34,661 nucleotides of DNA from Thraustochytrium aureum (Eukaryota): NCBI GenBank assembly GCA_012862495.1, contig BLSG01000171.1, positions 1 through 34,661 of the forward strand, read 5' to 3'. Of the stretch, positions 22,947-32,073 are shown piece after piece. Below the pieces are notes generated by a model, which saw only the letters and a list, made by a program, of their open reading frames with translations, was not told the DNA's origin and ran no database searches. The translations under genes were made by a program, and so were the position numbers. Position 1 is the first letter of the stretch, and every line of letters starts with the position of its first letter.

Positions 22947-23735
22947 CCAACAGCAGCAGCAGCAGCAGCAGCAGTACCAACAGGGCAACGCATGGTTCCC
23001 ACCGCAGTCGCAGCAGACCCCGACAGCCTACTCTGGGTTCGGCGGCCAGTTGGACTCGGCCGAGTCGCTCGGGCGCGTAGCAGCGATGCTGAAGCTCGAA
23101 GAGGGCACCTGGTTGTGCTCCATCGACGTGGAGTGCGTGGCAACGGGCAAGCTCAATTCGGACCGCGCGGTCGCCAGGATCGCGATGGTGGACGAGAACG
23201 AAAGGGTTGTATTCGACCGGCTTGTGAAACCGGATCAGCCCATCGTCTCGCACCTGACAGAGCTCACAGGTATAGTGCCCGGGTCCTTGGACAACGCAGA
23301 GCCGCTGGACAAGGTCCGTGCCGACCTTGTCAAGGTTTTGCCGCCGAACGCGCTGCTCGTAGGTCAAGCGATCCACAAAGACATCGAGTGGCTCGGACTC
23401 GAGCGCGGTGTCCACTTTGCCCAGTTTTTTGACATTGCCAAGTTTTCGCCATCAAGCACAAGAACGGCTACGAGCGCTTCTTTTCCCTGCGGCACGAGGT
23501 CCTTCATTTGAGAGGGTTTGAGGGCGCCGGGAGCGACATTCAGGCGGGGGTGCACGACCCGGCCGTGGACGCAATCTTCTCGATCCGAGTCTTTAAGGCG
23601 TTCAGGCGCGCCGACGCGGCTGCGTTGCGCAAGGCTTCGACCGCGCTGAGCCGGGCGCCAGAAACGCCTGCATTCTGGAAAACCACACCGCTCATCGACG
23701 GCGTGCAGATGGGGCCGATAATTCGGAACAAGTAG
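22687..23735 (+). CDS. DEDDh 3'-5' RNA exonuclease (REX4/ISG20-like domain) with N-terminal PAM2 motif and polyQ tract
   Basis: MSSKKLNANASAFVP (PAM2-like), ExoI SIDVECVATG, VKPDQPIVSHLTELTGI, ExoII LVGQAIHKDIEWL, SLRH, ExoIII IQAGVHDPAVDA. A -1 frameshift at T4 23443-23446 joins the ORFs (DIAKFFAIKHKNGYERFFSLRH). Confidence 0.88.
22891..22983 (+). repeat. CAG trinucleotide repeat interrupted by TACCAA; encodes polyQ with periodic Tyr
   Basis: (CAG)2 TAC CAA (CAG)n TAC CAA (CAG)n TAC CAA CAG, read directly. Confidence 0.95.
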
Positions 23736-23980
23736 GCGGCGGCAGGGGCGGGCCTGCCTGGTTGACCGTTCGGCGATGTTTCATTGGAAAAAGGAAAAAA
23801 AGCAATTACAAACGAAAAAAAAGGCAGACATGGTTTTGGTCATTGTCTCAACTGCTAGTGATCATTTCCCCTTTGGTCAGGCAGCGGCGGGCGCCGCGGC
23901 TGAGCCGCACCGTCCTAGTGACGGCCACGGCGCTCCTTGTGCTGCGCGCAGCCTCGTCTCCGAGCTGCGCGAGCCAGGCT

Positions 23981-24055
23981 CTACTCGTCCTCTTCTTCCT
24001 CCTCCTCCTCTTCCTCAAACTCCTCCTCTCGCACCGTGTGAGCGGGCTGGCGGGC
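23981..24055 (-). other. GA-rich tract, possibly an acidic C-terminal tail (EEEFEEEEEEEEDE*) of a gene hidden in the gap
   Basis: The minus-strand frame ends in a poly-Glu run and TAG. Upstream sequence is N, and both gap edges carry GGCGGGCT-like units, so it may be non-coding repeat. Confidence 0.25.
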
Positions 24056-25478
24056 NNNNNNNNNNNNNNNNNNNNNNNNNNNNNNNNNNNNNNNNNNNNN
24101 NNNNNNNNNNNNNNNNNNNNNNNNNNNNNNNNNNNNNNNNNNNNNNNNNNNNNNNNNNNNNNNNNNNNNNNNNNNNNNNNNNNNNNNNNNNNNNNNNNNN
24201 NNNNNNNNNNNNNNNNNNNNNNNNNNNNNNNNNNNNNNNNNNNNNNNNNNNNNNNNNNNNNNNNNNNNNNNNNNNNNNNNNNNNNNNNNNNNNNNNNNNN
24301 NNNNNNNNNNNNNNNNNNNNNNNNNNNNNNNNNNNNNNNNNNNNNNNNNNNNNNNNNNNNNNNNNNNNNNNNNNNNNNNNNNNNNNNNNNNNNNNNNNNN
24401 NNNNNNNNNNNNNNNNNNNNNNNNNNNNNNNNNNNNNNNNNNNNNNNNNNNNNNNNNNNNNNNNNNNNNNNNNNNNNNNNNNNNNNNNNNNNNNNNNNNN
24501 NNNNNNNNNNNNNNNNNNNNNNNNNNNNNNNNNNNNNNNNNNNNNNNNNNNNNNNNNNNNNNNNNNNNNNNNNNNNNNNNNNNNNNNNNNNNNNNNNNNN
24601 NNNNNNNNNNNNNNNNNNNNNNNNNNNNNNNNNNNNNNNNNNNNNNNNNNNNNNNNNNNNNNNNNNNNNNNNNNNNNNNNNNNNNNNNNNNNNNNNNNNN
24701 NNNNNNNNNNNNNNNNNNNNNNNNNNNNNNNNNNNNNNNNNNNNNNNNNNNNNNNNNNNNNNNNNNNNNNNNNNNNNNNNNNNNNNNNNNNNNNNNNNNN
24801 NNNNNNNNNNNNNNNNNNNNNNNNNNNNNNNNNNNNNNNNNNNNNNNNNNNNNNNNNNNNNNNNNNNNNNNNNNNNNNNNNNNNNNNNNNNNNNNNNNNN
24901 NNNAGTTGGCGGGCTGGGCGGATGATGATGGGCTAGTGGGCTCGCGTCTCACGCAGTGACGACTGGAAGCTCCCCAGCGCAGGTGGCTGCTGCGCGGCGC
25001 TGCACGCGAGGCTGCTGCTCCCGCCTTGCGCTCCGAAGCGAGCTTGATTGACAGACCTCCACTGAGCGAATTCGGAGGACGCGCGCGCGGCGCGCGAGAG
25101 AGAGAGAGACACAGACAGAGAGGTCGCGCGAAAGCCTGTTGTTCCGAGGCCGGCGCCCACTCACTCAGAGACTCCCCGGCACTCACCACCGCGCGGGTCT
25201 TCGGAGGGGAGCCGCACGCCTCTCGGCGCTCGTTTTGGCCCCGCTCGCGCTCCTCTGCGCTCCTCTGCGGCCCTCTGCGGCCCTCTGCGGCGGAGGGCTC
25301 GCGCCTGGCGCATGGCGGGCCGAGAGGCAGACAGGCGCAGGCAGACAGACGCAAATTCCCTCGCATCCCTCGTTCAAGAGCGGGCCGGGCGCTGCGTGAG
25401 GAAAAAGTGCGACGAACAAACCGTGTTCCGCACGCGCTGGCTCGCGCTCCCTCCCTGCTGCACGCGTGCTGCCTTCTG

Positions 25479-25548
25479 TTCTGCTTGCAGCTCAGACAAT
25501 GCATTCTGCTTCAGTTCAGACAATGCATTCTGCTCGCAGTTCAGACAA
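25479..25548. repeat. 24-25-bp tandem repeat, about 3 copies (TTCTGCTYGCAGYTCAGACAATGCA)
   Basis: Three near-identical adjacent units; the junctions form the palindrome AATGCATT. Confidence 0.85.
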
Positions 25549-25991
25549 GTGGCGAGACGAGCCTCATCCGAGTCAGCGCTCGGCTCGTTGTGGCCAAGTG
25601 GGGAGCGCACGACTCGGAGACTCGGAGACGTGAGGACTGGCTGGCTGGCTGGCCGCCTCTGGCGCGCTGAGAGCCGCCGTTAGTGCCTCCCGTGCTGGCT
25701 GAGTGAGAGGCGGAGAGATGAAGCCTCGCAGGCGTGACCGGAGCGCGGTGTGAGGGGGCCGGCCGACCGAGAGAGGCGAGAGCGCCCTCCTCCCTCTGCT
25801 CGCCATACCGTGCATCGCGTGGTGGCCGCAGAGGCGATCGACGAAGAATTGCAAATCAACGCAGACGTCTACCCACATTCGGCTCGCACTTTTCACCGTT
25901 GGCGCAGAGGCAGCAGCAAGGAAGGCGGAAGAGGCGATGGCAGGCAACGGCCACGACCTACTACCTACCAGCTCGCTGACTTGAATGCAGA

Positions 25992-26098
25992 GGGCTCGAG
26001 TGGGCTCGAGTGGGCTCGAGTGGCTCTTTTCCGCCGCTGGCCGCCTTCTTTCACCGCCCCCAAGCCACGATGATTGAAAGAATCAATTGAAAGAATCA
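25992..26098. repeat. Short tandem repeats (GGGCTCGAGT)x3 and (ATTGAAAGAATCA)x2
   Basis: Exact copies at 25992-26021 and 26073-26098. Confidence 0.85.
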
Positions 26099-26243
26099 AG
26101 TTGAATTGGAAGGGATCAATTCGTCATTGACAAGCCATGAAAAGCGCTTTTGTTCGCATTCGGGTTGGGTGTGGGCGAGTTTCAAGGCGCGCGAACGAAA
26201 CCTGTTTCTTGGCGCAGCAGCGCGCAACCCAGCGCGCAATACC

Positions 26244-27694
26244 TCAAACGTCGTCAGCTCCTCGCGCGTTTGTTTGTCCGAGTGGGCGGACGTGGCGCGT
26301 GCGCGTGACTTGGAACTGGACGCGGTTGCACGCACGAGTTGTCAACGCCGCGCGGGGAAGGGGAGCCAGCGCACCCCAGCCCTCGCTTGCCGCGCCGGCT
26401 GTGGCCGCTCGCCCCCTGGGCGACGCCGGAGCGCCGTGGTGGACCGAGTTGTTGTACTCGATCGCTTGCTGCTCGAGCCGCGCTATGAGGTCGTCCTCGT
26501 CGGAGCGCCGCGTCGCAAGGTCGACCTTGATCTTGGCCATCTCCAGCTGCGCCTGCTCGCACCTGTCGTTCAGAGTGGCCAGCTCGGCGTCGCGCACGGC
26601 CAGCTCGGCCTGCGCCTTTCCGCGCTGCTCCTGCTCTTCGGCGAGCTGGGCGGCGAGCTGGGCGGCGCGCTCCTGCTCCTGCGAGATGCGCTCGCGCAGC
26701 TGCGCCACTTGCTTGTCCCGCTCGCGGGCGCGCTCGAGCTCGAGCGCCTGCCGCTTGCGAGCGCTCTCCGCCATCTNNNNNNNNNNNNNNNNNNNNNNNN
26801 NNNNNNNNNNNNNNNNNNNNNNNNNNNNNNNNNNNNNNNNNNNNNNNNNNNNNNNNNNNNNNNNNNNNNNNNNNNNNNNNNNNNNNNNNNNNNNNNNNNN
26901 NNNNNNNNNNNNNNNNNNNNNNNNNNNNNNNNNNNNNNNNNNNNNNNNNNNNNNNNNNNNNNNNNNNNNNNNNNNNNNNNNNNNNNNNNNNNNNNNNNNN
27001 NNNNNNNNNNNNNNNNNNNNNNNNNNNNNNNNNNNNNNNNNNNNNNNNNNNNNNNNNNNNNNNNNNNNNNNNNNNNNNNNNNNNNNNNNNNNNNNNNNNN
27101 NNNNNNNNNNNNNNNNNNNNNNNNNNNNNNNNNNNNNNNNNNNNNNNNNNNNNNNNNNNNNNNNNNNNNNNNNNNNNNNNNNNNNNNNNNNNNNNNNNNN
27201 NNNNNNNNNNNNNNNNNNNNNNNNNNNNNNNNNNNNNNNNNNNNNNNNNNNNNNNNNNNNNNNNNNNNNNNNNNNNNNNNNNNNNNNNNNNNNNNNNNNN
27301 NNNNNNNNNNNNNNNNNNNNNNNNNNNNNNNNNNNNNNNNNNNNNNNNNNNNNNNNNNNNNNNNNNNNNNNNNNNNNNNNNNNNNNNNNNNNNNNNNNNN
27401 NNNNNNNNNNNNNNNNNNNNNNNNNNNNNNNNNNNNNNNNNNNNNNNCGTCCGGGGCGACCTCGTCCGGGGCGGCCTCGTCCGGGGCGGCCTCGTCCGGG
27501 GCGGCCTCGTCCGGGGCGGCCTCGTCCGGGGCGGCCTCGTCCGGGGCGGCCTCGTCCTCTTTGCTCTCCTCTTCGTCCTCCTCGACATCCGCTGCGATCC
27601 TCGGCGTCGCTGCGTCCTCCTTGCCAGATGCCGCCGTGTGGTCTCGTGCATCGCTCTTTCGCAGCACGCATTCGACAGTCTCGGCCAGGTCCAT
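26244..27694 (-). CDS. Uncharacterised coiled-coil protein with acidic DEAAP repeats; middle lies in a gap
   Basis: MDLAETVECVLRK...EEDEEESKE(DEAAP)n before the gap, and E/Q/A/R-rich heptad-like sequence (ERDKQVAQLRERISQEQERAAQLAAQLAEEQ...) after it. That both sides belong to one gene is inferred. Confidence 0.65.
27448..27557 (-). repeat. 15-bp coding minisatellite (GACGAGGCCGCCCCG)n encoding DEAAP
   Basis: About seven near-identical copies running into the gap. Confidence 0.95.
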
Positions 27695-28275
27695 TCTGGC
27701 CGGCTGTGCGCCCAACCAACGCGATGCACAGCGTTGTCCAAGACCCTGTCGCGCCGCTGCCAAGGACGTCTGCGGTGCGCGCGACTGTCGTCGACCGTTG
27801 GCCCTTTGCTCTCTCCCCGACGCGGCACTGCTCGACGCTATATGCGCGCGATACGCCGATGCGCTGGAGCGATGAGAGTGGCGGAGGAGCGATTCCCTTG
27901 TCAATAAACGAGATTTCACGCGTCTGAAGATGAGCGCTCTCACTCTCCCCCTTCCCACTGTCGGACGCGAGCGCGTTAGAGAGCGCCTCCAAGGAGGCCG
28001 TGCCAAGTCGCTGCCGACGTGGCGAGAGGGCGAGTGCCGCACGCGAACGAAGGCCGTTGGCGAAAAATATCCGTTGTAAAATTGGGGGCAGATTCTCCTC
28101 TATTTACATGGCCTCAAGTTGTGCGCGCGCTTTGCCTCTTACTTGCGCTCGCGCACTGTCTGCAATCGGCGAGCACGGCGGGCCCCTGCGCGCTGCGCTT
28201 GCTGCCCCTCTCGGCGCGCCAGCGAAGGGCTTCGACCCGCCGCCCGCTTTGCTCTCAATCAAAAATCACCACGGC

Positions 28276-29136
28276 CTACCACTCCTCTTCGTACGTGAAG
28301 CTGTTTGTCCCCTTGACCATGTGGTGGCCGAACTCAAACCCGTCAAAGTGCACGTCCAATTCCGGGTGCTCCACAGGAACAGTCTCATACGGGAGGTACT
28401 CGAGGTTCTCTTCTGCCGCAAGGGCCTGGAATGCGTCAGGACGGTCCTTGGTATCGACCAGCGTGCGGTAAAAGGCTTGGTTCGCCCCGTTCTCGAACGG
28501 GCCCCAGCGTTCGACCCAGGCTGGCGGCGCCGGGCAGCACGAAAAGTGCGAGACGATGACGCCGCGAAATCCGTGCTTGCGATGACGAAATACGTTCCCA
28601 ATGTCAAGTGTCACCTTGGGATTCTTCGAAAACTCTGGCATCGGTGGCGTCAGAGCGTCCCTCAAATCTTCCGGGATCTCAGCCTTGCCACCCGCAACAG
28701 GAACGCCCGCCTCCTGCAGTAGCTTGGCCACAACATCATCGGATGCCTTGCTGTCCAACAACTTGTCCTTCAGCCGACGTACCATGTCATGGCGGTTGGT
28801 GACCATCCGCAAGGCTGCAAACGCGGCCTCGACTTGGTCCGCCGCGACCTCGTCCTCGTTGAAAATTGCCTTGATCACCTTGGAAACGGACGCGGTCGGG
28901 TCGCTCGCGTTCGCCCTCCACGAACCGCCTCGCATCACCAGCCACGGCTCGCACGTCCTGCGCCGTTCGCTGGCGTACCGCTTGAACCGCTCCACCTCTC
29001 GCGGCACAAACCCTCCAGCCTCGGGCCCCAGCATCGCCGGCGTTCCCTCCAGCGCCCTCTGCAAGGCTGCATCATACTCTGCCGCGGCGGCCCACAGCTC
29101 CCGCCGGAGTACTCTGGCGACAGCCTTGGACGCCAT
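28276..29136 (-). CDS. YccV/HspQ-like (hemimethylated-DNA-binding) domain protein
   Basis: C-terminal IGNVFRHRKHGFRGVIV...W...NQAFYRTLVD..DR...LAAEENL...VEHPELDVHFDGF fits the YccV-like domain pattern. ATG 29136 opens MASKAVARVLRRELW. Confidence 0.85.
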   Translation of the reverse strand: MASKAVARVLRRELWAAAAEYDAALQRALEGTPAMLGPEAGGFVPREVERFKRYASERRRTCEPWLVMRGGSWRANASDPTASVSKVIKAIFNEDEVAADQVEAAFAALRMVTNRHDMVRRLKDKLLDSKASDDVVAKLLQEAGVPVAGGKAEIPEDLRDALTPPMPEFSKNPKVTLDIGNVFRHRKHGFRGVIVSHFSCCPAPPAWVERWGPFENGANQAFYRTLVDTKDRPDAFQALAAEENLEYLPYETVPVEHPELDVHFDGFEFGHHMVKGTNSFTYEEEW

Positions 29137-29497
29137 CCTCGTCCACCGAGACCGCTTGCTTGCGCTCCTTGTCTGCTGATACCTCCAGAGAGCGACTTGG
29201 CACTCGAGCAAGCACTCAGCAAGCACCGGAGCAAGCAAGCGCTCTTCGCCAGCAGTGCCGACGTTCCGCGAAGCCCGCGCCCTCGTTCAGCCGCCTGCCT
29301 GCTCGAAGGGCCGCAGCGAAGTAAGAGAGTACGCATGTGCCAGCCGTGGTTGCTGCTGGTCAGTGGTGTGCTGCGAGAACGACCGAAGTGCTCGCCCCGG
29401 GCGAGTTGACCTCCACGACGCTTTCCTATGACCAGGAAAACCTGCCCACCGAGGATTTGTCCGTTGGCCGATGCGGAGGTCCGCGTCCAGCGCCAGG

Positions 29498-29615
29498 CAT
29501 CATCCATCCATCCATCCATCCAGGCGGCCAGCAGGGCAATCCATCCACCATCCAGCAGGGCAATCCATCCACCATCCAGCAGGGCAATCCATCCATCCAT
29601 CCACCCATCCATCCA
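29498..29615. repeat. (CATC)n microsatellite with embedded 24-bp unit CCAGCAGGGCAATCCATCCACCAT x3
   Basis: Units start at 29528, 29552 and 29576, flanked by CATC runs, in the divergent YccV/DRC2 intergenic region. Confidence 0.9.
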
Positions 29616-29987
29616 GGCGGGCACCTCTGGAGACAGGCACCCGGCCACCACGCCATCCGCTCAGCGCGCAGCGGGCACGCCAAGCAGCAGGCGACCGAGC
29701 GAGTCGCAGCCGGCCGGCCGCCTCGGGGNNNNNNNNNNNNNNNNNNNNNNNNNNNNNNNNNNNNNNNNNNNNNNNNNNNNNNNNNNNNNNNNNNNNNNNN
29801 NNNNNNNNNNNNNNNNNNNNNNNNNNNNNNNNNNNNNNNNNNNNNNNNNNNNNNNNNNNNNNNNNNNNNNNNNNNNCTGCGAGCCGGCCAGCCGGCGAGG
29901 CTTGTAGTTGTCGCACAAGTGGGCAGCCAGAGCGCAAGCGGCGGGGCTAGCAGTCGCACGCGCGCACGCAGCGCCGTGGACTAGGCC

Positions 29988-31886
29988 ATGGCGGTCCTCG
30001 GCAAAGAGGTAAAGGGCGGCGGCAAGAAAGGGAAGAAAGGCAAGAAGGACCCGGACCTCTCTGAAGCCGACAAGGCCACGGAGGACAAGAAGAGGAGGCT
30101 GCGCGAAAATGACGAGCGCAAAAAACTGGCCATGCAAGTCCGCTCGCGGCTGCTGCGCGACATGGAGCAAGAGATGAAAAACTCCCAGGTCAACAAATTG
30201 CGCATCCAAAACCAATGGCGCAAAATCATGCGCCTGGCCAAAGTCGAGTCGCTGCGCAAAGACATCGAAGTCTTGTCGCAAAACCACGAGCGTGACGTCG
30301 ACCGCAAGGACGCGATCATCCAAATGCTCGACCGAGACGTCGAAGAAGCTGAAGACCAGTACCAGACGGCGCTGCGCAGCCACCTTCAAAACATCGACCG
30401 GCTCATCGACCTGCAGGACTCGCGCCTTTTGGCACTGGAGAACGAATTCGAAGCAGAGCTGTCGGAAATCGCGGCAGAATTCAACGCGGAGCGCGAGCAG
30501 ATCGTCGAGCAGCACCAGCAAGAAACGAAAGAGCTGATGGACATTATCGCCGCCGTCGAGGCGGAAGAGAGCGAGCGCGAGGCCGAGGCCCGCCAAGAAC
30601 ACGAGCAAACTCGCGAGGAGATCCGGAACAAGAACCTCGAAGACATCAACGTCCTGCGGATCACCCTCGAGAGCACCATCGAGGAGCTGGAACGCCACTT
30701 TGAGAGCGCGCACCTGAACTACCTCCAGAACACGGACCAGCGCACGCAAGACTTCAAGTTCCTCACTCGCAAGGACCAAGAGCTCAGCAAGGAGATCGAG
30801 GTCAAAATTCGCAAAATCGAGCGTCTCCAAGCCTCGCTGAGCCACTGGCGCACCAAGATTGCACAAAACAGCAAAGAGTGCGAGGAGCGCAACTCGTCGC
30901 TGCGTGAGGAAAAGGACCAAATCTCAAAGCACTTTCTCCAGCTCAAGACGCGCATGAACCGCTTCCGCGACCGGCAGTCCAAGCGCCTCACAGACCTCAC
31001 AAAGGCGACCCGGGACGCGCGCAAGACCCTCAAGACCAAGCTTGACCTGGCCGAGCGAATCATCAAGCAAGCCGAGCTCGCTCGGAAGCTCGAGACCGAG
31101 CAGGAAAAGGTCCTGCCCTTTTATCAGAGCTCCATCGTCCCGGGCGACGACGAGGACGTGGGCGCCGCGCAAGGAGCCGTCAAAGGCGGGCCTGCCGCCC
31201 AGGCGCCCGCCGCAGCGCCTAGCCCTGCAGACGGCGGTGCGCCCGGACACGTGGCCGAGAAGGAGCTCCCTGGAGGTGCCAAGGCGCTCTTGTTCAACCA
31301 CGGGCGAAGACCCCGCCGAGCTCACCCTCAAGGCGCATGCTGTTGGGCCGGACGGCCGCATTNNNNNNNNNNNNNNNNNNNNNNNNNNNNNNNNNNNNNN
31401 NNNNNNNNNNNNNNNNNNNNNNNNNNNNNNNNNNNNNNNNNNNNNNNNNNNNNNNNNNNNNNNNNNNNNNNNNNNNNNNNNNNNNNNNNNNNNNNNNNNN
31501 NNNNNNNNNNNNNNNNNNNNNNNNNNNNNNNNNNNNNNNNNNNNNNNNNNNNNNNNNNNNNNNNNNNNNNNNNNNNNNNNNNNNNNGACGAGTGGAGCTC
31601 GCTTGACCAGTTCTTCAAGCGGTTCAACAAGGTTCTCCTCTCCAAGCTCGCGGTCGACAAGGAGAAGGAAAGGCTTGCTGAGGAGAACCGTGCGCTTCAG
31701 CAGCTGCTCAAGCAGTACTTGGACGGTGTGTCGGTCAAGCCAGAGGTCATGGACGGACCCAACCCGCTCCTTGTGATCAACGGCCGCGTGAACGCCACCA
31801 ACCGCGCAACTGCACGGACCGGGGGCGGCCGAGCGCCGACCGTCGTGGAGGCAAACCACATGGTGGCGACTCAGCGGATCTCTTGA
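29988..31886 (+). CDS. CCDC65: Dynein regulatory complex subunit 2 (DRC2/CCDC65)
   Basis: KIMRLAKVESLRKDIEVLSQNHERDVDRKDAIIQMLDRDVEEAEDQYQTALRSHLQNIDRLIDLQ, RKLETEQEKVLPFY, LDQFFKRFNKVLL, LLKQYLDGVSV and NPLL. Probable +1 frameshift near 31302-31304 and an N gap at 31363-31586. Confidence 0.93.
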   Translation: MAVLGKEVKGGGKKGKKGKKDPDLSEADKATEDKKRRLRENDERKKLAMQVRSRLLRDMEQEMKNSQVNKLRIQNQWRKIMRLAKVESLRKDIEVLSQNHERDVDRKDAIIQMLDRDVEEAEDQYQTALRSHLQNIDRLIDLQDSRLLALENEFEAELSEIAAEFNAEREQIVEQHQQETKELMDIIAAVEAEESEREAEARQEHEQTREEIRNKNLEDINVLRITLESTIEELERHFESAHLNYLQNTDQRTQDFKFLTRKDQELSKEIEVKIRKIERLQASLSHWRTKIAQNSKECEERNSSLREEKDQISKHFLQLKTRMNRFRDRQSKRLTDLTKATRDARKTLKTKLDLAERIIKQAELARKLETEQEKVLPFYQSSIVPGDDEDVGAAQGAVKGGPAAQAPAAAPSPADGGAPGHVAEKELPGGAKALLFNHGRRPRRAHPQGACCWAGRPHXXXXXXXXXXXXXXXXXXXXXXXXXXXXXXXXXXXXXXXXXXXXXXXXXXXXXXXXXXXXXXXXXXXXXXXXXXXDEWSSLDQFFKRFNKVLLSKLAVDKEKERLAEENRALQQLLKQYLDGVSVKPEVMDGPNPLLVINGRVNATNRATARTGGGRAPTVVEANHMVATQRIS

Positions 31887-32073
31887 CCACTTGTTCGACG
31901 GACAACCTTGCGCGTATAACACGGCGAAGTGATGGAATGATGGTGTGGGTTTTTCAACGCTTTAAAAAAAATCGCTCACCTTTCGCCCAACAATGCTGGC
32001 CTCGAGACCAGCAGCGTCTGCGGGGTGGTCTCTCCGCGACTCGTTTCGCGACTGCGACTCCCTGTTACTTGGG

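Noticed and set aside
22533..22988. Poly-Cys, poly-Leu and poly-Ala ORFs
   Set aside because: They are alternative-frame and antisense readings of the CAG repeat inside the exonuclease gene.
25479..25548. 24-25-bp repeats with a palindromic core, as a CRISPR-like array
   Set aside because: The units are directly adjacent with no unique spacers, there are no cas genes, and the context is eukaryotic.
26137..27992. (GRGRP)n, (RPPRT)n and (SSGAA)n repeat ORFs
   Set aside because: They are other frames of the 15-bp minisatellite, extended artificially by N runs. The DEAAP frame has an ATG and a matching acidic context.
29498..29615. 24-bp repeats as a CRISPR array or as coding WMDG/HPS repeat proteins
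   Set aside because: They derive from a CATC microsatellite and have no spacers. The ORFs are translation by-products of the repeat.
29661..30920. Long antisense ORFs opposite DRC2, the transposase and ABCC
   Set aside because: These are expected shadows of GC-rich codon usage and show no independent motifs.
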